The notes beneath the pieces are model-generated. The model worked only from the letters and a program-made list of their open reading frames with translations, did not search any database and was not told the DNA's origin. The translations under genes and the position numbers were made by a program. Shown piece after piece: positions 1 through 10,416 of a stretch of 64,000 nt of DNA (its first letter is position 1; each line of letters opens with the position of its first letter). Source of the stretch: Blastocladiella emersonii ATCC 22665 (lineage: Eukaryota; Fungi; Blastocladiomycota); assembly GCA_025594325.1 (NCBI GenBank), contig JANHCV010000014.1:434001-498000 (forward strand), read 5' to 3'.

Positions 1-29
1 CCGCTCTCTCCTCCCTCGTACCAGCAACC

Positions 30-3000
30 ATGGAACACCCGAAAGACCACCCGCAACCGGCCACTGGCCCCGGCTACCGCGTGCTCGCCGACCACGACGC
101 GATCCGGCGGCCCGAGCTCGACCGGTGCCAGTACCGGCGCATCGCCCTCGCCGCCAACGGGCTCGAGGTGCTGCTCGTGTCGGACCCGGCCGGCGAGATG
201 GCGGCCGCCGCGCTCGACGTGAACGTCGGCCACTACCAGGACCCGGCCGACCTGCCGGGGCTCGCGCACTTTCTCGAGCACCTGCTGTTCCTTGGGACCG
301 AAAAGTACCCCAAGGAGAACAGCTACGCCGAGTACCTGGCGGCGCATGGCGGGTCGTCCAACGCGTACACGGGCAACTCCAACACCAACTACTACTTCGA
401 GTGCCAGGCGGCGCACCTCGAGGGCGCGCTCGACCGGTTCGCGCAGTTCTTCATCGCCCCGCTCTTCACGCCCTCGTGCACCGACCGCGAGCTCAACGCC
501 GTCGACTCGGAGCACTCCAAGAACCGCCTCAGCGACATGTGGCGCGTGCACCAGCTGCACGCCACCGTGTGCGGCGCCGGGTCGCACCCGTACGCCAAGT
601 TTGGCACGGGCAATCGCGAGACCCTCGGCACGCTGCCCGCGGCGCGCGGCGTCGACGCCCGCGACGAGCTCATCCAGTTCCACGCCCGGTACTACTCGGC
701 CAACATCATGCGCCTCGTCATCACGGGCCGCGAGCCGCTCGACGTCCTCGCCCAGTGGGCCGTCGAATACTTCTCGCCCATCGCCAACCGCAGCGTGCCC
801 GTGCCCGGCGACGCGATCCGCGACCACCCGTGGGCCGTCTCCCCCACCCCAACCCCGCGCTCGATCATCCGCATGAAGACCGTCAAGGACAGCAAGGCGC
901 TCGTCCTCCGCTGGGCCTTCCCGCCCACTGAGATGCACTGGCGCGCCAACCCCGCGTCGTACCTGTCGCACCTCATCGGCCACGAGGGCCACGGGTCGAT
1001 TCTGTCGGAGCTCAAGCAGCGCGGCTGGGTGACCTCGCTGTCGGCCGGCCCGCAGTTCTCGGGGCTACACTTTGATTTCTTCAAGGTGTCGATGCAGCTG
1101 ACCGATGCGGGGCTCGCGCACGTCGACGACATCCTCCTCGCCGTGTTCCAGTACCTCGCGCGCCTGCGGAGCTACCTGCCCGACCTCCCGAAATGGATCT
1201 TCGACGAGATCAAGGCCATGGCCGACCTGACGTTCCGGTTCCAGGAAATGGCGCGGGCCTCGTCGCGCGCGTCGTGGCTCGCCCGGTGCATGCACGAGCC
1301 GTACACGCCCGAGTGGACGCTCGGCGGGTCCGCCGTGTTCCTCGAGTGGCGCCCCGACCTCATCGCCGCGTGTCTCGCCGCCCTGACGACGGACGTCGAG
1401 GTGACCCTGACCGCGCCCGCGTTCCCGGACAACCCGGACCTCGACCAGCGCGACCCGTGGTACGGCACCGAGTACCGCGTCGACGCGCTCCCCGCGCCGC
1501 TGCTCACGCAGCTCGCGGAGTGCGCGCCGCACCCGGCGCTGACGCTGCCCGAGCCCAACCCGTTCATCCCGACACGCGAGCTGACCGTTGAGCGGCACGA
1601 CCGCATGCAGGCGGTCCCACGCGTCGCGCGGGCGTCGCAGCACGCGCGGCACTGGGTCCAGCTCGACGACGAGTTCTGGGTGCCGCGCGCGTCGCTGCTA
1701 GTGCGGTTCAAGAACCCCGTGACGCGGACCTCGCCGCGCGCGGGCGTGATGACGGAGCTGCTCGCCGACTACATCCTCGACGAGCTGCTCGAGTTCGGGT
1801 ACGCGGCGTCGCTCGCGGGGCTGCAGTACTCGGTCACGACGTCCGGCGCGAACGGGCTCGCCCTGTTCATCTCCGGGTTCTGGGACAAGATGCCCGTCCT
1901 GCTCGACCGGATCCTCGTCGCGTGGGTCGACCACGCGCGGCTCGACGACCCGACGTTTGACCGCCTTCACCGCGACCGCATCCGCAAGTACAACAACATG
2001 AAGCACGACCAGCCGTACATGCACGCGCTGTTCGACATGCAGACCGCGCTCGAGGTGCCCGTGTGGTCGCCCGCCGAGCGGCTCGCGGCGCTGCGCGATG
2101 TCTCGCGCGCCGACCTCGCCGAGTTTGCGGGCGAGATCCGGCGGCAGATGTTTGTCGAGTCGTTCCTGTACGGCAACGTTGACGAAGACGTGTACCTCGG
2201 CTGGATGGACGCCCTCGTTGCGCGCGTCGCGACCGCGACCGGCTCCGCCGCCGACCCGTGGCTCCCGCTGTCCCCGCAGCAGCGCGAGGCGCGGCGCGCG
2301 GTCCAGATCCGCCCGGGCAACTGGACCCGCGTTCTCCCCGGCCCCGACCCGGAGAACGCCAACAGCGCCGTGATCTGGTACGCGCAGCTGGGTCCCGCGA
2401 CCGACGCCCGGACCCGCGCGCTCGCCGAGATTTTGGTGCACGCGACGCGCGAGCCCGCCTTCAACACGCTCCGCACGCAGCGCCAGCTCGGGTACATTGT
2501 GTCGGCCGACGCGACCCAGCAGGCGGGCGTGCTCGGGTACCGCGTCCTGGTGCAGTCGGAGCGCGCGCCGGCGTTCGTCGACGCGTGCGTCGAGCAGTTT
2601 TTGGCGGATGTGGTCGCGCCGATCGTGGACAGGCTCGATGACGCGCAGCTCGCCAAGTTTGTGGGCATTGTCGAGAGCGACCTCCTCGAGCGGCCCAAGA
2701 CCCTCGCCCGCAAGGCGTACCGCGTGTGGGCGGCGATCAACCGCGAGACGCTCGATTTCGACCGCGACGCCGAGACGGTCGCGGCCGCCAAGGGGTTGAC
2801 GGTCGACGACGTCCGCGCCTTCTACCGCACCGCCATCGCGCCCGAGTCCGAGACGCGGCGCAAGCTCGCGATGCACGTCATCGGCGCGACGGCCGCCAAG
2901 GGCGGCGAGGAAAAGTTCAAGGACGGCGAGGCCATGCCCACGGTCGTCCCGGCGCTGCCCGCGACGCCCGTCGACGATCTCCCCGCGTGGCGCGCCGCGC

Positions 3001-3035
3001 AGGCCGTGTACCCGCCGCTCGTGCTCAAGCTTTAA
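30..3035 (+). CDS. IDE: Insulysin / insulin-degrading enzyme (M16A zinc metallopeptidase; yeast Ste23-like)
   Basis: Intronless 1001-aa ORF. Inverted zincin motif HFLEHLLF, GGSSNAYT, FAQFFIAPLF, ELNAVDSEH and C-terminal LRTQRQLGYIV are all typical of M16A. Confidence 0.95.
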   Translation: MEHPKDHPQPATGPGYRVLADHDAIRRPELDRCQYRRIALAANGLEVLLVSDPAGEMAAAALDVNVGHYQDPADLPGLAHFLEHLLFLGTEKYPKENSYAEYLAAHGGSSNAYTGNSNTNYYFECQAAHLEGALDRFAQFFIAPLFTPSCTDRELNAVDSEHSKNRLSDMWRVHQLHATVCGAGSHPYAKFGTGNRETLGTLPAARGVDARDELIQFHARYYSANIMRLVITGREPLDVLAQWAVEYFSPIANRSVPVPGDAIRDHPWAVSPTPTPRSIIRMKTVKDSKALVLRWAFPPTEMHWRANPASYLSHLIGHEGHGSILSELKQRGWVTSLSAGPQFSGLHFDFFKVSMQLTDAGLAHVDDILLAVFQYLARLRSYLPDLPKWIFDEIKAMADLTFRFQEMARASSRASWLARCMHEPYTPEWTLGGSAVFLEWRPDLIAACLAALTTDVEVTLTAPAFPDNPDLDQRDPWYGTEYRVDALPAPLLTQLAECAPHPALTLPEPNPFIPTRELTVERHDRMQAVPRVARASQHARHWVQLDDEFWVPRASLLVRFKNPVTRTSPRAGVMTELLADYILDELLEFGYAASLAGLQYSVTTSGANGLALFISGFWDKMPVLLDRILVAWVDHARLDDPTFDRLHRDRIRKYNNMKHDQPYMHALFDMQTALEVPVWSPAERLAALRDVSRADLAEFAGEIRRQMFVESFLYGNVDEDVYLGWMDALVARVATATGSAADPWLPLSPQQREARRAVQIRPGNWTRVLPGPDPENANSAVIWYAQLGPATDARTRALAEILVHATREPAFNTLRTQRQLGYIVSADATQQAGVLGYRVLVQSERAPAFVDACVEQFLADVVAPIVDRLDDAQLAKFVGIVESDLLERPKTLARKAYRVWAAINRETLDFDRDAETVAAAKGLTVDDVRAFYRTAIAPESETRRKLAMHVIGATAAKGGEEKFKDGEAMPTVVPALPATPVDDLPAWRAAQAVYPPLVLKL

Positions 3036-3356
3036 GAGTTGTATTGCATCGGATAAATGATTTTTGTTTGTGGCGCAACGCGTGGCCGGTCACGTTGAGA
3101 TGTCTCCCGCGACGCGACGCGTCTCGCGCATGCTTGTTCTCCACGGCTCTCAGCCCTGTTTGTTCCTCGCGCGCGTGCGTGCGTGCGGCCGGCGCGGGTA
3201 ACAAGCGGCGGTTCTGGAAGCGCTACTTCCTCAAGTACGCGAGCCGCCCCGCATCCCCCCTTCTCCGCTTGCCTCGATCGCACATTCATAGAATACACTC
3301 CCTCGCGCACACCAGCGCCGCGCGCGCAAACTATACCTCAATCGCGCTAGACCACC

Positions 3357-6114
3357 ATGCATCAACACCCACTTTTACTCGCGGTTCTCGCGGCCCTCGT
3401 GCTCGCGACGTCGAGCGTGCAAGCCGCGGCCATCTCTTTCCGCCCCGTCACGTCGTCGACGACGCGTGCAGCGACCACGACGACGGCGGGTCCGCGCGTC
3501 ACGGTCTCCCCGCCGCTGCCCGCGTCTTCGGCGACGGTGGTGCGCGGGACGCTCGGGTCGGTCCGGCTCGCGTCCGCGACCGAGACGACGGCGGCGGCGG
3601 ATGAGGTGCGCCGGCTGTGGCCGCGGTCGACGCCCGGCGTCAACATGTGCTCGACTTCGGCGTGTCCGCTCGGGTATAAGTGTACGGCTTACACGCGCGC
3701 TCCCGTCTCGACGTGCACTGACGCCGCCGTGGCTGTAGGCGTGACAATGTCCGGGACCCCGGCGCTCAAGTGCGTGCCGATCGACAGCACGCTGTGCAGC
3801 GCGGGGCAGTGCGGGCTGAACCTGCCGCGCAACGAGGCGTTGTGTCCCGCAATGTCCGGGTCGCTGCCGTTCGCCGCGGCCAACGCGTGTGCCAAGACGC
3901 CGTCCGGGTGCTCGTGGCGTACGTCGGACGAGAGAGAGGGAGAGTGGGCGATGCTGACAGCTCGCGAACGTGTAGAGCGCATCGACTGCCCGCTGCGCAC
4001 CTGCCCCGCAGGCTCGTGCGGCCCGGCGCCGGCGCTCCGCGCGTGCACCGACGGCTCATTCCCCGCGTACCGGTGCGAATGGGACCGGTCGGCCAAGGTG
4101 TGCATGTGGCGTACGTCAACGACCGCTCTTTCGCGTGTTTGGGCAGAAATTGACGCGAAGCGCGTGTGTAGACAAGACCCGGTCGTGCCCGATCACGTCG
4201 CCGCCGACCAACACCATCTACATTGTCACGCTCGCGCCCAAGGTCACGGTCGTCGAGGGGACCACGGTCACGCTGAGTCCCGCTGCAGCGACGAGCACGG
4301 CGGTCGTGTCGGGCGGCAGCGTGGGCGTGGGGATCGGGATCAGCGTCGGGACCGTGTCGGGCGGGAGCGGCGGCGTGCTGCCGTTCGAGGACGAGGTGTT
4401 CCCCGAGCCCACGGTGGCGAATACAGCGGCGGTCTCAAGCGCATCGCCGGTGGCGGCGACGGCGACGGCTACCCTCGCGCCGGTGACCGAGGTCGCGGTC
4501 GAGACCACGACGGCGTCGCGGGCAGCTTCGTCAAGCACGGCGACGGCGAGCGCTACGGCTACCTCAACTTCTAGCGCGACTGAGCCCGCGTCGACGACGA
4601 CGGTCCAGGTCGACGTCGAGACCAAGACGGCGCGGACCACGTCGGCGAGCACGGCTACGGCTTCAAGCACGGTGTCGGCGACAAGCGCAACTTCTACTTC
4701 ATCGGCGACGACGGACCCCGCTCAAGCGGTTACCACGTTCGCCGTCGTCTCGACGACATCTGCCGCGGACCCCACGTCCACGGCTTCGTCGACGGTCGCC
4801 AGCTCATCTACTTTCGACTCGAACTCGACTCGTTCCTCATCAACCGCGACGACGCGCTCCACCTCGACGTCGGATACCGCGGTCCTTGCGACCACCACGG
4901 CGACGGACCCCGCCACCGACTCGCCCGCCACCACTCCAACTACCACTCGCGCGTCCTCAACCACCGCATCTACTACGACCTCAGACGCCGCTGCCGCGGA
5001 CGCGACGCCCGGGTGGGCGTTCGCCGAGAGCGCGGTCACGTCGCCGCCCGCGTCGGCCGCCTCGTCCTCGTCGGCGCCCGAGAACGCCACCGCGGCGCCT
5101 GCGTCGACGACCGAGACTTCCACCACGTCCTCGTCCGAGACCGCGACAGCGACGTTGGCGGGTTCATCTGACGCGGACGCGGCAGCGACTGTGTCGGTGT
5201 CGGTCGCGGCGGTCACCGAGCCGCTGGCGCCGGTCGAGACGGAGACCAAGTCGGCGAGCGTTCACGCCACCGAGTCGAGTACCACCACCTCAGCGGCAGC
5301 TACGGCGACCGAGGAGCCGACGACCACGCGGCAGCAGATCGACGTGACGGCTACGACGGTCACGGAAACCTCGCCTGCAACGGCTACCGCGACGTCGGTG
5401 ACTGAGCTCAACGCGACGACGACGGGCATCCACCACGCGTCGGCGACCGTGTCGGAGTCCGAGACCGCGTCGCCTGCGGTTGCGACAGTCAGCTCGCCAG
5501 CCAGCATCAGCCCCGAGGAGACGGCCACGGTGACGCTGACGATCGAGCCCACCAACACGCAAGGCGAGGCGATCTCGACCGCCGAGCCGACTACTACAAC
5601 CACGACAAGCACTCGCAGCGACGCGGCCGCGAGCGACACCACCACAATGACGGCGACGGCGGATCAGCACGAGGCGACGCCGACGTTCGTGTTCTCGACG
5701 CCCGACGCGTCGGCCGCATCGAACAGCGGCGGCGGCGACGCGATAGAGGAGCCCACGCCGACCATCAAGTTCACGTCCATCACCACCCTCCCCGCCGCTG
5801 CAGCCGAAGCGACGCCCGATACCGACGCTGACAGCACCCACTCGACCGAAACCGCCGATTCGCCGTGCTACCGCCCGCCGTGCGACCCGCTGCGGTGCCT
5901 CGACGCGCGGGCGGCGGACCAGGTGCTGGTGCAGATGTGCCGCGACCCGGTGACGCCGCACGAGCAGTGTCTGGCGCGGCACGGCGTGTGCGGGGCGCAG
6001 GCGGCGCAGGGCGGGCAGTGCGGGTTCGCGCTGCCCGCCGCGTACTGGGACTGTCTCGCGGCGGCGACCGAGGGGCAGGACGTGGTCAAGGCGCAGCGCG
6101 TGGTCGCGGTTTAG
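3357..6114 (+). CDS. Secreted Ser/Thr/Ala-rich mucin-like protein with N- and C-terminal Cys-rich modules
   Basis: Signal peptide MHQHPLLLAVLAALVLATSSVQA. Predicted introns 3919-3975 (GTACGT..TGTAG, 57 nt) and 4111-4171 (GTACGT..TGTAG, 61 nt); the second joins ORFs 3357 and 4135 in frame. Long S/T stalk, then an 8-Cys C-terminal module. Confidence 0.85.
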
Positions 6115-6439
6115 GGGTTCATGGCACTTTCATTCAGCATCATTCATTCGCATTCAAATTCAACGAACATTGCACGCATCATCTGTGAGAGGGGGAGGGG
6201 AGGGGGTGAAAGAGCCAGAGGCGCGTGGCACCGAGACTAGCGTGGCCGTGGTCGAGAAAGGCGATCGCGACGGGGTCATGCGCGCTCACGTGCAGTCGAG
6301 CCGAACGTGCGAGAGGCTTTTCGCATGCGCCCCGTCCGCCGTCGGCCGCGGAGCCCATCGCAGCGCCCGTCCCTCGCTCCCTCCCCTCATCGGTAGTGTG
6401 ACGACCCATCCCTGTCTTCCCAACCAAACCGCCACCACC

Positions 6440-7534
6440 ATGTCGTTCGGTACGACAATGCCATGGATCGACGACACATGCATGCACGCACCGATGGACG
6501 ACCCGCTAACCCACGCGCCCCGCTCGTCCAGGTGCCGCCTCCTCTGACCGCGAGTTCGACATCACGCTGCTGTCGGCGGACGCCAAGCGCCGCCTGAACG
6601 CGCTCAAGAAGCTCGAGCTGCAGGGCAACGTGATCCACCGCCAGTTCCTGGCCGAGCTGACGGAGCTCGAGAAGAAGTACCACGTGCAGTACCAGCCCAT
6701 CTACGAGAAGCGCGCCGCGATCGTGACGGGCGAGCACGAGCCGACCGATGCCGAGACCGAGGTGCCCGAGACGGTGCAGGACTTTACCGCGCTCGAGGCC
6801 GAGGAGGGCGAGGCCGTCGAGGAGGGCCCCGTCACGGGCGTCCCCAAGTTCTGGATGCGCTCGCTGCTCAACCACCCGCAGATTGCCGAGCTCATCACCG
6901 AGGCCGACGAGGCGGCTCTGGCCAGCCTCAAGGACATCAAGCTGCACTACCTCGACGACAACCCGGGCTTCTCGCTCGAGTTTGTGTTTGGCGAGAACGA
7001 CTTTTTCGCCAACGAGTCGCTCACCAAGACCTACTTCCTGTCGGAGCCCGAGGCCGACACCGACTCGGACGAGGAGTACGTGTTCGAGCGCACCGAGGCG
7101 ACGCCCATCAACTGGAAGGACGGCAAGGACCTGACGGTCAAGGTCGAGGTGCGCAAGCAGCGCCACAAGGACACCAACAAGACGCGCGTCGTCAAGCGCA
7201 CCGTGCCCGCCGACTCCTTCTTCAACTTCTTCAAGTCGCAGAAGGTGCCCGGCCCCGAGGACGAGGGCGAGGAGGAGGAGCTCGACGAGCTCGAGGCCAT
7301 GCTCGAGATGGACTACCAGATGGGCGAGGAGATCAAGGACAAGATCATCCCGCAGGCCCTCAAGTGGTTCACGGGCGAGGCCGCCATGGACTACGAGGGC
7401 TACGGCGACGAGTTTGACGGCGAGGGCTTCGACTCGGACGATTTCGGCAGCGATGAGGACGACGAGGTGCGTTTCTTTCTTCTCGGGCTCGTGTCGTGTA
7501 CGATGACTAACCTGGACGTTGCGCGACGTAGTAA
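6440..7534 (+). CDS. NAP1: Nucleosome assembly protein 1 family histone chaperone
   Basis: ATG 6440 and intron 6450-6531 (GTACGA..GCTAAC..CCAG) join in frame to ORF 6630. Motifs RLNALKKL, ELEKKY..YQPIYEKRAAIVTG, GVPKFW, INWKDGK, SFFNFF, IIPQALKWFTG, acidic tail. Second intron 7467-7531 is followed directly by TAA. Confidence 0.93.
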
Positions 7535-8018
7535 ACTAGCAGCACCTCGCGCGTCGACGGCGACGGCGTCAACGACGACGACAAGCTCAAGCGCACACTC
7601 TCCCTCCCCCTCATGTTCTCCTCCCTCCCATTTCCACGCTTCAAACATGCTGTAATTCCTTGTCATCCGCCGTGTTCGCTGACCGACCATGACGTGGCTC
7701 GCGCCTGAACCCTGAACGAGCAGAGGCACCCACCGAGTGAGCCGAAGCCGAAGCGCCGGCAGCTGCGGCCAAACTTTAGTGCTAGCCAATCAAAAGCGAG
7801 GTGGCTCGACCTGGCCGCTCGGAGGATTCGCTCGCCACACAACACGCTCACGCTTGGCGGGCGGCGCGGCGCGTATAAGAACAGCTCGGCCCCCCGCGCT
7901 CTCTCCCCTCTCTCTCCCGATCCTCTCGAACGTATCGACTCTGTGTGAAGTATCAAGTGCTTCACCACCCACCACCCCCGACTTCCCCCTCCCTCACCCC
8001 CAACACCATCTCGCAACC

Positions 8019-9032
8019 ATGGGCGCCATGGCCAACGCCAACTTCCCGACGGACGCCGAGGGCCACGTGTACCACGTCGGCGTGAAGCGCGGCGAGGTGG
8101 CGAACCGCATCATCACGGTCGGCGACCCGGCGCGCGCCATCCTGATCGCCACCTTCCTGGACGGCGGTGACCAGATCGACGCCTCGCAGCACAAGAAGTA
8201 CCTCAACTACGTGTCGCCGCAGATCTTCATCAAGACGTCGCCGCGCCTCTTCACCACGGTCACCGGCCGGTACAAGGGCGTCCCCGTGTCCATCATCGCC
8301 ATCGGCATGGGCGTGCCCATGATGGACTTTTTCGTGCGCGAGATCCGCGCCGTCGTGACCGGCCCGATCCACATTGTCCGGTTCGGGTCGTGCGGGTCCC
8401 TCGGCACCGCGCGCGCCGGCGACCTGATCGTCGCCAACGAGTCGCTCGCGTGCTCGCGCAACTTCGACTACTTCCTGGACGGCGAAGATGCCGCGGCGCC
8501 CATCGACGAGGCCGCGCTCGCCGCCGCCATGAACGCGGGCGCCGGGCCCTACACGCTGTCGAAGCCGGTTCCCGCGGACGCGGAGCTGACGTCGGCGCTC
8601 GCCAAGGCGCTGGCCGCGCACGTCCCCGAGTCGGTCAACGTGGTGACGGGTCTCGACATCACGGCCGACTCGTTCTACTCGTCGCAGGCGCGCCAGGACC
8701 CGTCGTTCCGCGACGAGAACGCGCACCTGTTCTCGTACCTCACCCACCGGTACCCCGCCGCCGAGTGCCTGCAGATGGAGACGTTCGGCCTGTTCCACCT
8801 CGCCAAGTCGGCCCGCGCTACCAACCCCGTCACGGGCAAGGACGCGCGGATCCGCGCTGCCGCGTGCGCCATGGTGTTCGCCCACCGCATCACCAACGGG
8901 TGGATCGACCCCGCGATCGTCGATCTGCTCCAGGAGAAGTGCTCCCGCGCCGTCCTCGACACCCTCGTCGAGGTGCCCATGGAGAAGAGCGAGCTGCACC
9001 CCGAGGAGGGCTCGGTCTGGGCCAACCAGTAA
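8019..9032 (+). CDS. Uridine / purine nucleoside phosphorylase (PNP_UDP_1 family)
   Basis: HVYHVG..GEVANRIITVGDPARA, SIIAIGMGVPMMD, RFGSCGS, DSFYSSQAR, QMETFGLF motifs. First ATG in good context at 8019; TATAAGA about 145 nt upstream. Confidence 0.9.
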   Translation: MGAMANANFPTDAEGHVYHVGVKRGEVANRIITVGDPARAILIATFLDGGDQIDASQHKKYLNYVSPQIFIKTSPRLFTTVTGRYKGVPVSIIAIGMGVPMMDFFVREIRAVVTGPIHIVRFGSCGSLGTARAGDLIVANESLACSRNFDYFLDGEDAAAPIDEAALAAAMNAGAGPYTLSKPVPADAELTSALAKALAAHVPESVNVVTGLDITADSFYSSQARQDPSFRDENAHLFSYLTHRYPAAECLQMETFGLFHLAKSARATNPVTGKDARIRAAACAMVFAHRITNGWIDPAIVDLLQEKCSRAVLDTLVEVPMEKSELHPEEGSVWANQ

Positions 9033-9239
9033 GAAGTTTGAGAAGCGCGCGCGGGCGCGTCGGTCTGTCGTAGGCCGTGACTTTGATTATATATATACAT
9101 GTCTCTTTGCACATCTACTCTATCGACTACGCCGTGTACGCGGGCGGCGGGCGCGACACGCCCACGACCGCGGCCTCGCTTCCCGCGAAGGCCGGCGGGG
9201 CCGGACCGCGACGCACGCCCATGATCTCCACACACTCTC

Positions 9240-9640
9240 TCACGCGTCAGCTCGCGAACCACTCCCCCACCGCCGCGCGAGGAAACGCACCCAATCCGCC
9301 GTCCCACCTCGCCCGCCCTCCTCCATCCCGCCCGCCGTAAACCCCCTGCGCGCGCACACGCACACGACGCAGTACAGCGTGCACCAGAACGCACCGCGCA
9401 CGACCCCCACCTCCACCCCCAGTTTGGCGGAAGCCGGCCACTGGAAGTACCACACGATCCCAGCCGCGACCGCCGCGGGCCGCCTTGACAGCGCCGCGGC
9501 CACGCGGTCGACGACGAACGCGGTGCGCTGGTCCAGGTACGCCGCCGCGACGATGCCCGCGGCGCCGCACGTCGCGAGGCCGAGGGAGATGAACTCGCGG
9601 CGCGGCCTGTGCGCCCAATTTTCCCATCATCCTTCGTGGA
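9240..9640 (-). CDS. Possible small membrane protein or gene fragment (start not defined)
   Basis: The minus frame of ORF 9240-9503 extends upstream as ...EFISLGLATCGAAGIVAAAYLDQRTAFVVDRVAAALS...AGIVWYFQWP...GAFWCTLYCVVC. It is hydrophobic with GC3 bias; no family recognised. Confidence 0.25.
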
Positions 9641-10416
9641 GCGTCAAAGCTAGGCAAGGGACTCGAGGTTTTGGCGGGGCGCGTTCACGCACAGCGAGGT
9701 CTGATGTTGGCCGTGACGAGGGCTACGAAGACAGTCGCGTCGCGGAACGAGCCCAGGAAGTCGTACGCGGAGCTAGTCGCGACAGCTGACGAGAAGCGAA
9801 TGGTTTGATGACACGAGGCCCGGAAGCTGCGACCCATTTGCGAATGAACACGACACGAGTCCCAGGATCAGCCCGGTTTATGAACGCAAGATCGGGAGGA
9901 GACTCAAGACGGGGAGAGGGACAACGGCCCTTCCAAGCGACTAACAGGTGTAACGAGGCGCGGTTGGCTTGCAGCATCTCAACGTTTTTGCACCAGCGAT
10001 GGCGGGGCACGCAAGGTGGGCTCGAGAAGCGATGTGAAGGAAAGCGATCCTTGCGCAAGGTCCTCAGGCCTTACGTCGTTGAGAACAAACCGGATGGCGC
10101 GAGCTGAGTTCATCGCGGAGGCTTCAAACTCGGTACGTCAAACGTCGCGAACGTCTCTGCAACGAGGGTAACGATGCCGAGGAGGGTTGACAGACGGTTC
10201 GCTGCCGGGCGACAGAACGCGGACAGAACCATCGTTACTTGACTTGAGCTTTCCGTTGCGGGTACTTCCATTAGATTTCTACTTCATGGTGGGGTTGTAT
10301 GTCGCAGCTCGGGGAGGGGAAGCGAGATGATGGGTCTGGCAGGCGCCACGCTGAGCCGCACGCTCGCCAAGGAAATCGTCGGCACCGCAACCTCCTCCTG
10401 CTCTTCGTGATGAACC

